Shown in pieces: positions 53,061 to 64,000 of a stretch of 64,000 nt of DNA (position 1 is the first letter of the stretch; each line of letters opens with the position of its first letter). The notes beneath the pieces were generated by a model. That model saw only the letters and a program-made list of their open reading frames with translations, did no database searches and was not told where the DNA came from. A program made the translations under genes and the position numbers. Source of the stretch: Phoronis australis (taxonomy: Eukaryota; Animalia; Phoronida); NCBI GenBank assembly GCA_002633005.1, contig NMRA01000002.1, forward strand, positions 827,278 to 891,277, given 5' to 3'.

Positions 53061-54587
53061 CCGTCAAATTAATTTAATTAATATTTTCAAGTCTATGCAT
53101 CTGGGTAATATTCAATGATGAAATATTTTTAACAATCACTTAGGGAGAGATTGATCTCGTGGCGGAAATATGCAAGATATCTGACTCGTCTAGATCTGAC
53201 AGGTATTGCTACATGTACACGTACATGCCTCCTAAAGCCGATTCAGGGCAATTGGTGTGTCTTCCAGGAACACAACTGTTATCCTGCCTCTATTAAATAT
53301 TCGTTAAAGGAGAAAGCAAAATTACCTTGTTTCATGTCATTTTTAGTAAAAATACGGTTCGTTGATTATCCCACACATATGTTTCAGTTAATAACGGCTT
53401 CCCTTAATTCTTTTAGTCGTGTCTTACAACGGAAGTGACGTTTTCATATAGTCTGCCTGCGCGAGCGGTCGAGTGAATCATTGTTTTACCTCGATTGTGA
53501 TAACGTTTGTCGTGTGAACATTTCAGGAAGATGTCTGGTACGCCTAAGGGATGGCAGTATATCCCTTATAGTGCTTAGCACTTCACGTCCTGCCTGAATG
53601 GGACACTACTATCTTCCACGCAAATCATGCGAAACTATTCATTACATGCGAGGTCTTCAAAGAGCACTCGTGCTCATTCAAGACCTCGTATTTCTCTACC
53701 TGTAAGAGATATTACAATCATGTTTACTTAGTTTTCATCATATTTCCGGGGTGTATTGCAATACGGCGGAGAAACAAGCCACATTGGACAAAATCAAAAT
53801 TTATCATTTTTGTAATCTGAATATGACGATGCCCTGGAGCGCCAGCCTTCAATGTATTATGCAAATTAGTAATGACTTGAGTGATGTTTAAATCTTCGTT
53901 TTTCAAACAAAATGTCCAGTAAACCTACATGTACATCTCACAAGTGTTGTTGTTTGGATCAATAATTGTGTTGGTAATTTTCTCTACAAAAAGGTTTACA
54001 TACGTTTATTTTTGGCTTTGTTTGTTGAAGTTTACAACTTGAAACCGCATAGTCCGTGTTTTGTCACAAAACTGTCACCCCACTCGTGTCTGTGACACCA
54101 AGTTTAGTGAGAAAAGAGCATTTAAACCTTTAAGCATGTCGTATCATTCAGCGAATAATTTATATCCCAGATGCAATTTATACTTTTGAAGAACTTGCCA
54201 ATATAGTATTGAGGTGATTGTTGAACCTGACTTTCTACTACCGTGGCATTGGCTTTCACGTCTAATCAGAATCTACATGTACCGTGTCTGACTCGCTGTC
54301 TACGTCCGAGGACGTACAATGTAGTGATCGACGTGGATTCGGAGTACGAGTCCTAAGTCGATCGAGGTATACATGTAAGCGTAGGTCAGAGATCGAAAAC
54401 CAAGAGCTGGAGGGACTGAAATTGCCATAGACTTGTTATTTTCCTGCCAAGCAGTGCCGGTTCTTCGGCAACATGTCATTTGAAAGAATTTACACTACAA
54501 TCCACGTGCAAACTAGGAGTTTTTTTAAACATTTAAGGTGCGCCTTTATCCAGAGAACCAACTTGAAATCAACGCAAGTTCTACTCA

Positions 54588-54675
54588 TATGACCCGCATA
54601 TAGGCGCATGTGCCTAAGTCCCGCAATCAGGCTCGGTCCTGCAATTAGGCACATGCGCCTAATTGCTGGGTTATA
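54588..54675. repeat. Small hairpin with self-complementary arms
   Basis: taggcgcatgtgcctaa (54601-54617) pairs with ttaggcacatgcgccta (54645-54661), and outer tatgaccc/gggttata pair with one G-T mismatch. Confidence 0.75.
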
Positions 54676-55299
54676 GGTAAATACATGCCACGAGGATTTC
54701 AAATATTTTAAATTACCCCACCCCCTGTTCCGACCCGACTATACAGAGTTATGTATCTAATGTGGGAGCGCGGTTACAGATTAAAACCTAGTTTACACAC
54801 TGCAATTTCGAATGATAGTACATGTATCCTCTTACAATGTTGCAGCTGTTCGTAACCAGTTTAGAAGAGCAGGCCGTTCTTTTTCTGTGCAAAAATCAGC
54901 GTGGCTAATTTCCCCGTTGTGTTTTTGCTTTTCTCTAATACCGCAAATATTAAAATCCTTAGCTTTGACATCGGTATACGGTTTACCATATTACTTTTGA
55001 TACTCGAAAATGTGCTACAATGATGTTAATCCTTGGTAATCCACGGCGTGATGAGCAAAAAGCGCTTACGACACATTTACGGCGTGAGATCTTTGCTTTA
55101 ACATAACGATTTGTAGCGCACTGACAACTGGTCAGTATCACACATTACGAAACGTCGCTAAGCAAGTAGGCTGCACTTGTTTTTAGCGATAAGTTATTTG
55201 GATAGTCTGGTGCGGTGATTTCCGACAGGGAGACGTGTGAGTTCAAACAATGTTGTGTATTGGTAATCTCGTTTAAATGGTGTAGGAATGCAGAGCAGG

Positions 55300-55491
55300 T
55301 TAAATGCAAATGCATCTGGGTATTTCTTTTTCAGCACGAATAAAATTGTTGTTGTCAGTTGTGCAAGAAAGGGTATAGAGTCGGAGAACGTCCCTCGTCG
55401 ATTCCCTGGAGGATTTGCCTGAAACTTCAATAGTCAATATGGCTGCACAAAGGGCGAAAATGCCTAGAGGGTATTTCGTTTGCAATTCCAT
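55300..55491 (-). CDS. Candidate signal-peptide-bearing ORF or first coding exon (unverified)
   Basis: The ATG is in a good Kozak context (aaaacATGG). MELQTKYPLGIFALCAAILTIEVSG looks like a signal peptide. An upstream acceptor-like gttttacag lies at ~55587. No homology was recognised. Confidence 0.3.
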   Translation of the reverse strand: MELQTKYPLGIFALCAAILTIEVSGKSSRESTRDVLRLYTLSCTTDNNNFIRAEKEIPRCICI

Positions 55492-57520
55492 GTTTTCGGA
55501 TGGCTCTATCTGGTGGTAGGAAGTTGCACGAAGGCTCGCGAACGACTGATATTTCCGAAATGGTGCGGTTCATGTCTAAGCCTTTTCTGTAAAACTGCGT
55601 ATAAATTGTTTGGACATTTTAAAAGATGTTGACATTTTTAAAATCCGTGTCTTACACCGATCCGTAAATAACCAACACGGCTAAATCAAATAAAACTTGT
55701 TTTTGACCGAAGCTGTATGATTGTTGTTCGTCTAAGTGAATTAGGTAAACGTGTACGTGCCTGGCCAGAATGAAGCTCAGATGAGCAAAACTATGAACTG
55801 CTTTAAGGTCTGGGAAGTAATGCTGTGAAGCTCTTTAGCTAACTAAGCGCAACCTACGCGCTAACAGTGTTATGGTAACGTCAGCTAAGAGAATAGATGT
55901 TTGCTTTGTTTGATTTTTTTAGTTAAGGTTGTTTATTAATATGCTACATATTCGGAGGAGTTTCGCAATTAAAAAGAGATTTTTAAAGTAGCCCGTAATT
56001 ACACGTGCTGTTGCAACAACAATCGGATTTCACTTAAGTCGGATTACAACTTAATTTATGAGATAAACAATGCTGAAATGCGTCAAAGGTTCAAGATCGA
56101 TTCGGAAAATACTTGATTAGATTAAACGGAAAATGTCGCTTTCGCTGTTTTCAGGAAATTGTTTCTTTCACACTATGTATGAGCACCTGTACAGTATATG
56201 CGTATTGTGTCAGTTAGATTGGACGCTTTTTAACTGTCTGTTGTCACAGAAAAATGAAATCACAGGATCACGTGACCAATAAGACATTCTCTATGATTGT
56301 ATTGTGTGTGCATCCGGTCACGCATTGGCCCAAAAATGGTTGTCGTGTTTTGATGTAGTTGTAAGGAAAAAAGACTTCCTACATGAAAGAGTGCACCGAA
56401 GATGATTCAATCAAGGCACTTTTGACGGTCGGAAATCACAAGTGTGGAACCTGTCTCAATAACTATTAACGCTGGTTTCGCGTTTGTCTTTGAGATAATT
56501 GAAATGACAACAACCCATGAGAAAGGGAGCGACACTCTTCATCTTGCTAGTCTGGATCAGATGTCAGCTGCTGTAATCATGAGCTGATCACGCAGAGTTA
56601 CTAAATCCGGTGACGAGTTTATCTGCATCCATTAGTTTTTATAATCTGAGGAGATCTGAGAAAGGAGGGATCTTTCTGATAAAAGTATTACAGCTTCTAT
56701 CAGACAGTATACTGTGCTTAGAAGCGCGCATGTCAAGGGATTGCTAAATAACACTGCTAAGCTACACGTTAAAGCTACTATAAACCTACAAGAAGTGAGT
56801 TTTTCATTTTTCCACCTTGCGCTATAAAAATCGATTCCTATTTGTTACTTACTCAGGCGAGAAGCGGTTTCTGAGTTTCCAAAGAACTGACAGTTCGTTT
56901 GAACTAGATGAAAGATGGATTTACAGTCGCTTTAAGTGAAACATATGTTTTTTATCGTAGAGTACATGCTGTTCATCAATAAATTCTGAATAATAACTGT
57001 ATTTTGTACTTCTGAATAGATTATGTATGTAATTTCGGTCTCCAGAATTTCTAATTCAGTCGCGTTTGGGATTTACCACACATAACGTAGAACTAATTGT
57101 TCTGCATGTCCCAGTTGTAGAAACATATCAGCTGGCAGGAAACTACATCAACGCAAAGCAACGAACGCACACTGGGGACTTAGCTTGGTAAGAGTTAATG
57201 GTAGTAGCGTCACGTCGCTTCACGGTCAGGGCAAAGTCGAGAAGCCTGTTCTGTTCATTGAAGTCCTTTCTTATTTCAGGAAACCAGAGATCACAGCAAG
57301 ACTTACTTGGGGTACCGCTACCGGCTAAAATCGACACCACTCCCAAGAGACCTACTTGAGCACTGAATGAAAAGGAGATATTGATAACAGTGCAACTGTA
57401 AGTAGATTTCATTCATAATCTCTTCGGAATTGTTAATGTCGAACTGATATGTGTTGTCAACCAGAATAGCATTAAATGGCATTGACGAAGGCATATTACT
57501 AATAGTGCTTATAGCTTCTA

Positions 57521-57527
57521 TTGCTGT

Positions 57528-57565
<38 letters not shown>

Positions 57566-57830
57566 GTGATGATGATGATGCTATTGCTCCGGCAGTTGCT
57601 ATTGCTGCTGATCCTACTGGTTGGGCTTCAACACATAGTGCTGGTGCTGCGACCTGCTACCGCTGCTCATATTGTCATTGCTGCTATTGCTGTTGCTCCT
57701 ATTGCTGCTGTCGCTGCTATAGTTGTAACTGCTGCTTCCGTCACCGCTGACGCCGCTGCCTTCGCTGCCGCCCGCCGCCGCTGGTATTGTTAGTGTTAAT
57801 GTTACTGATACTGGTGCTTTGGTGGTCCTA
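57521..57830. repeat. Degenerate (GCT)n trinucleotide low-complexity tract
   Basis: tgctgc/gat/gtt triplet runs explain the overlapping poly-A/L/C/S ORFs. Confidence 0.85.
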
Positions 57831-58037
57831 GTGTTTATATTAATGATGATGGAACACATCGGCGAACCCATACGCGAGAACTGTTTAGTGAACCGGGTAT
57901 TCGCAGCGGACGTGTATTTCGGTTCTGTAGCTCCTTCACCACATGTATGATGATACCAGTTAAAGTTGAAAGTGGCACAAATGCAATTTCTCTAGGTTAC
58001 ATCATTTTTTCGATATACGTGATGTTAGAAATTATAT

Positions 58038-58295
58038 CATGCGCACCCAGCATAAAAATGGGGGTGCTCGAATTTTTGAGAATGTTGACCTTTTACAAAG
58101 ATTCACGGTACGTTTAGAGCTATGCATTGTGCATTCGCCGAATTGTAACACCTTCTGCCTTTTTAATGGACTTTTGTCTCGTTTTCTACTTTTTTCGGAG
58201 TTTCTGTGTCTCTGAGACGAGCCTTTTTGGCCACTTCGCCAAATAAGGAGGGCTTGTTCGAGCCCCCGAGCCCTATCCCCCTGGGTGCGCGCATG
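58038..58295 (-). mobile_element. MITE family A
   Basis: Ends are catgcgcacccag...ctgggtgcgcgcatg, with flanks tatat and tctat. The interior is the reverse complement of the 25719 copy. Confidence 0.85.
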
Positions 58296-58950
58296 TCTAT
58301 GAATAGTGCATTTTAAAAACATTGGTTTCTTCAACTACAAATGGAAATGGTTTTTGCAAATGCAATGTCTTATTGGTGAATTAAAATTACATCTAAAGAA
58401 AACAGATGCTAATACAATTCATCATTAATCGAAATGTCAATATTTAATTTGCTGACTAAAAGGTTTCTTTCGAGTAATTACCTGTATGTGCTTCAAGCAC
58501 GTGGACTGTTTCCTAACATTGTTCAAAATATAATCAGGTTATTTGAAGGCAAGGCAAATTCCGAAGGGATTGCAGATGGTTTGCATTTACCTGACTTGAC
58601 TGTCATTATTAATTTGTCACCTTTGGGAGTCATCTAACTAAATTTAAGTAGAACTACCGTGCGTTCTAGTGCCAAGATCAGTCTGAAAACCAGGTAAAAC
58701 ATTTGCGACACGGTCGCGCTTCACGTTTGAAACTTGCTTAGAGTGAGTTGATATTTGCCACTTCAGGGAAACGCCACAGGCAGACTTGAAGTTCGAAATC
58801 GTGGTCATGTCTAAGGTAATCTGTCAAGATGATCAGTTGACCAGTCAGACAAAAAGCTTAGTCAGCGGCACCTCTCCCACGTTGAACCCACTTCACCATT
58901 CCCTGGGCTAGTCCAATTAATTCCTTTGCCTGATGTTCAACAAGATGCTC

Positions 58951-60260
58951 TTTTAGTCGTGAGCATTCTGTGGATGGGGCTCCGCTCGATATCTCAAAAA
59001 CCTCTGGTCTGATCTCGATACGTTCAGGACATCACGGGACAAACCACTTTTCAATCTACGACGCTACCCGGAGTCAGCGGGACGGATCATATCCAAAAAG
59101 CCGATCACGGACAGATATCCATGAAACTTGAAACAGAGGTATGCCATGACAATGCGCAAGCACCAGTTAATTGCAGGTCTAATTCGACTACTGCAACATC
59201 ACCTAGTGGCCGTTTTAGCTGTGACAAGGTTCTTTTTCAGCCGCACTTTTGTGATGAAGGTCGTTTTCAGACGATAACTTGGGAACTAATTTACTGACGT
59301 AAGTGAAATTCGACGCTGACGTATGTGTCGTTCTCGGACGATTACATGTTGAGAACCAATACACACATTTAAACGAAACTTGACACAGAGGTACGTGACG
59401 ACAATACTTCAAACCCAAGTGATTTTCAGGCGGAATTGACAGCCGCATAACCCCTTAGTGGCTGTTTTGGCCTCCGCAAGAGGCTATGTCAGTACTTTCG
59501 GGAGGAAGAGCACTTCCGGAGGATATTTAGAGATCCAATTGACGGATTTCAATGAAAATGTTCACAAACATAAGTGACGGTAAGAACCAATCGATTTGGG
59601 GGCAATTTCTGTCGCTGCAGTGCCTCCAAATGCCAGTATTGTTCGGTTGTCGTTTTTCTAGTTATCTGCTCGAGAGATCATAGATCCGTGCTCACACACG
59701 AAATTTGGCACGGCAAGTTTATCGCCCGTTCTTAGGGTGATGCAAGTCGCTTTTCAATCTACAGTGTACGCCAGAGGGGATGGGAATTTTAATGTTTTTG
59801 GGAGAAAGCTTTTCGAATGATTTCTGGAGAACCGAGGCACGGGTTTCAATGAAAGTCGACATTGAGGTACATTTATGACAGCATTGTGTCGGCACACGTT
59901 GATTTTCGGACAGTTTCGACTATTCTACAGCTCCATCTAGTGGCCTTTTGGTCTCCACAAGGATTTATCAGTCGATGATATCTTGAGAAGCAATTGACGG
60001 AGTTCAATGGAGTTTGAGACGGAGGTATTTGACGACTATACACCGGCGCAAATCAATTTTCAATGCAGCACCCCATGGTGTCAGTTTTGGTCTCGACAAA
60101 CCGTTTTTTCAGTACTATTGGGAGGAACAGTATTTCTGGAAATTATCTAGTGAACCAAATGACGGATTTCAACAAACTTTAACACAGAGGTATGTGACGG
60201 CATTCAGCCGGTACCACTCGACTTTCGTACCATTTCGTTTAGTGCGGCACCCCCTTCATG
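58951..60260 (+). repeat. Diverged tandem array of ~150-160-bp units (satellite-carrying element)
   Basis: acggatttcaatgaaa.tt..cacagaggta.gtgacg and ctagtggcc.ttttgg motifs recur at ~59110, 59365, 59540, 59695, 59840, 59997 and 60162. Confidence 0.7.
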
Positions 60261-61691
60261 AGTACTAGTTGTCTGCAACCTATGCTGTGCCATCACGTCA
60301 TTTTGTGTCTGCCTTTATGTCTGCCATACCTCGTGGTTGTTCATTATGAACTCCCAATTTTTGGATGTGTAGTTCTGTGTCCCTTTGTGGCAAGGTTTAA
60401 TCTCCTTGTTGCAAATGCTGAAAACTTTATTTTGATACTTTTTTGATTTGACGTCAATTTTGAAAGTAGAGTTAACACCACGTTTTCAGTGCTGACTTTT
60501 CCATGTACGCCTTGTGGTTTACCTGTTGTCTCTGTGTTCCCTACACGAAACTGATAAGCACCCTTAGAGGTATACCGTCTAAGCACTCTGGGTGCTTACC
60601 AACACTTTGTTATCGTTTCTTTTTCACTGTTTCATGCGTAATCACAAGACGACGATTGGCACATCAAAAAGTAATCAAAACTGTGTTTCATGAAAGATCT
60701 CAACGCTTGGCAATCTCGTGTCCAGCATATTAAGGAGTGCATGTGCGACTTCTTTACTCCAGGGTCTTCAAGGCGGTTGGCCACCTTGTGTTTTCAGAAC
60801 GTGCGCTGTGTCATTATCACAGCTCGGTTTCACCTTTATAGCTTCCACTTTTTTATTGTGACCTGTCATTTCCACGTTGCGGCACCTTTAGCATAGACGT
60901 GAATATCGATCACCAATACGTTTATTAATCCATTTTTAATTGGTTTATCAAAGTTTATGCTCAAACAACATTGTAAAGCGATTAGTTAAGTTAGATGTCG
61001 CTTACATAATATCGCAAATGCCGATTGTGTAGTAAGAATAATTCTTTGCTATTTTTCGGCAAAATTCAATATACCCGTCAGTTACATGTACACTGGTCAC
61101 AATGTTGCCATGCACCAACGTGGCCGTACATGGGAATTGTTTTCTTTTGAGTTCCATCTCTTAAATAGCTTTCGGCCTTCAGGGACAACGTGTCAGGTTT
61201 TGCGTTGTGATGGTAGCCTAGGTGGCCCCTCACAAATATTGGGGTACCTCTCTAAATGTCTTCTGACTGGTTTAACTGATGGTGATGTCGGCGACATCTT
61301 TTTGTTTAACTAATTCTAACCGAATGCATGTGATATTACCTTGCCTTACCTGTAATGAAAACTCAAAATTTAAGGGAAATTACAGGTTTTGCGCATAACT
61401 GTTTGAAAGAACTTCAGACATATGCTTAGAAATTTCGGCCTTTGTTGACATGGCACAAGACAAATCGGATGACAAGTTAAAGCCATTTGACTAGTGTGTA
61501 TGTTTACTTTGGAAAACGCATTAAACCTAAAACCAAGAGAAAATTAAACTGCAGGCTGCCAACTGTTACTGAAGGTAATTGAACATTCATGCACTTGTAC
61601 ATATCTCCAATGAAACTAAGTTATATTCTGATATTCTAAGCAGATTTCAACAAAAACCTTTTAGTTGTAAACTTAATTTTTATTACACCAC

Positions 61692-62050
61692 TTAAGGTTC
61701 CGTTGTACACTCGAAAAATGTCCAAATTTGGCAAATTTCGGAACACCGTATCGCAAAAACTGGCAGATCGGAATCACATGAAACTTCCATATACCGTTCT
61801 TTATACACTGTTCTCAAAAACGCTGTTTATTATTGTTTTAAAAGTTTTCCAGTTTTGCATGAAGGGCTATCAAAAAATAGGATATTTACATTTTTTTAAG
61901 AATAACTCAAAAGCTGCATAGATCGAAAACGAAGCTATAATTTAGAATACTGTACAAGCGTTTTTGAGACTTCATCTTGAACATCTAAGTCAAACAAAAT
62001 TTGACCATGATATTGATACAGTTGTTTTTTCTATGAATGTATTTTGCTAT
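61692..62050 (+). repeat. Dispersed repeat (homolog of 37783-38090) starting at a TTAA-GG Kolobok-like terminus
   Basis: ttaaggttccgttgtacactcg precedes the shared block. I did not identify a right terminus. Confidence 0.55.
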
Positions 62051-64000
62051 TTTGTTAAATTCCACTAAAAATACGTGGTCACGTGACGCAATTCATAGCG
62101 GATTGGGAAAAAGCCAAAAACCAAATTCTACAGGAATTCTACATTTAAAAAGTATGATCTTCACGGAGTTAAAGTGTGCAGTTTTGCAATATTTGACTCA
62201 CTTCACCAACAAATTGATAAGGCCCTGTCATTTTTTCTTGTCAGTAACTTATGGGAGAACAGTATTGTTGGCCACCCTAAACCTTATCTGCTGACCCGGG
62301 CGACACTCATTCTCTTACTGGGCGAATTCCTGACGTAATCCTGACGGAGACACAAGGGGGCGATTGACTCCCCGATTTCCAATGTATTGAAAATTCCATG
62401 CTAACATGTACATGATTTATTTAAGTTTCACAGTACTAGACTACAATAATCAGACAAAATACCCCCGTTTTCCCGTTAGGAGCAAACTGTGCCCGTAATA
62501 ACTATTAGAGCGGAAAAACTCGAGTTGCAGAATAGCTTGGCCACCTTATTAACTTTCATGTTCATTACCTTCATTCTCGGTCATGAGAGAAGACTGCTGT
62601 AACGATGAATTCGACTTCCGCCCAGCTGTTATGGTGGGTAATTCCGGGTCATTTCGTCTGCGTACGTTTGGCTTGTACTGTACAGCGCGTGGGCATCTAA
62701 TGAGTCAAAATGTATCGTTAACGTTAATAATGACAGGAAAATAAAATGAAATGAAATGACACCTTTCTCTTAGGAAGGACAGTGTCGATTTAATTTGTCT
62801 GGGGCCAAACGTACAGTAGTTTCCAAAATTAATTGGACAACGTCAATGCTGACTAAATTTAGGCAAAATCTCGTACATTTCAAAAGTCGTAAAGTAAATA
62901 AAAAGGAATTTCGACGAATAGTTTGTATAGCTACAAGCATGGTACCTGTTCACGCAGTCGCAGATCATTTGTATCTCCCCTCACCTGATACGATTGTCCA
63001 GGTTCCCTGTGGGTTCGATTTAGGAGACCCAGTTCCATTTTGCAAATGCATACGTTTATGCATTTCTAACATGTTGGCACCATTTAAGTACATCTCAGGT
63101 CATCGTAACTGTTTATGAAAAAAGATGAGCCCCTTACCTACCTAATGCGCATGCCCAGGAAGCACTAAAAGCGAGACATAGCGTGACTGCAATCGAAGGG
63201 GCATCGACTACTTTGGTTCTGTGTGGTCAGACGAGAATGCCTGCTTGTATGGTGAAATATATGTAAAATTACCATGATTACTGGGTGGTAGTACGAGATT
63301 TTTGTTGTGTGTATGGGTGCAGACGCCAACCTGAAAATGTGAATGGATTTTTTACGCCTGCCGGATCATCAAAGGTCCTGCACTGCCGAACACAGTCAGA
63401 CCGTGCGTTGCGGTCACTGGGCTGATCAACGTTTTGTCTTGAAGACTTCTGATTACGTTTTTGTAAACCAGTTAGTTTCATCGATTGGATGTGAATTCAA
63501 GAGCAAATTTCACCGTACATTGTATATGATACGAAATGCGCGTGCTTATAAACGCAGTGGAGGTTGCTGAAGAAGTTGTTTTTAGGAATCACGCTTGATT
63601 GTTTTGTGCCTGGGTTAGACGTTCTTGATGTGAAATTAAGCAGGCGAGCAGCTGTTTACGATGACGCTTCTATGACTTTTTAACAAGTTTTGACGAATGC
63701 ATCAAAAGAACGATAACACTATGATGAAGTAAAATGCATGCACTTAAATGTAACTTGTGTCAAACAGACATAATTCACTAGGAGTCTTTTGATCAATGTA
63801 AATCAATGATTTGTAGAAAAGTTCGATTTACTCTCAAATAACGGGAAAATCAGCAATTTAGATGTTTTAAAAACATGTTTCAGGTATTTATGGATAGCTG
63901 ATTTTTACATATCTAAGACACATATCTTTTTTGGCCAGAGATTATGACAATTAGTGTGCATTTTATGCAATTTTAACTGAGACATAAAGCATCGAAGGCT

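Noticed and set aside
57451-57871. Overlapping Ala-, Leu-, Cys- and Ser-rich ORFs (metallothionein-like appearance)
   Set aside because: They are explained by a degenerate (GCT)n microsatellite that is open in several frames.
62985-63109. Minus-strand exon-like block with a good acceptor and CAG|GTGAG donor
   Set aside because: All three frames have stops from the acceptor, and the nearest upstream donor gives a ~29-nt intron. It could only be UTR or lncRNA, which is unsupported.

Overview
This is eukaryotic, AT-rich, draft-quality genomic DNA. The repeat landscape suggests a marine invertebrate, but that is an inference. I cannot support any intact protein-coding gene, and most ORFs in the supplied track are noise (many start at TTG/GTG) or TE relics. 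The window is dominated by transposable elements: a non-autonomous Kolobok (TTAA target, 15-bp TIRs, THAP remnant), a decayed AcademX-type XPG-nuclease region, a deleted Tc1/mariner derivative, and several CR1/L2-type LINE fragments. It also holds many MITEs, including a group of CA..TG-ended elements with 5-bp target duplications and one 859-bp element with a 9-bp duplication, plus palindromic Crypton-like elements and a diverged ~150-bp tandem array. Three near-identical tandem duplications are each joined by a single N and are probably unmerged haplotype overlaps. There is also a 191-N gap. A possible signal-peptide exon (55491, minus strand) is the only host-gene candidate of note. I found no convincing novel multi-gene system; the best leads concern TE architecture. 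All alignments were made by eye.
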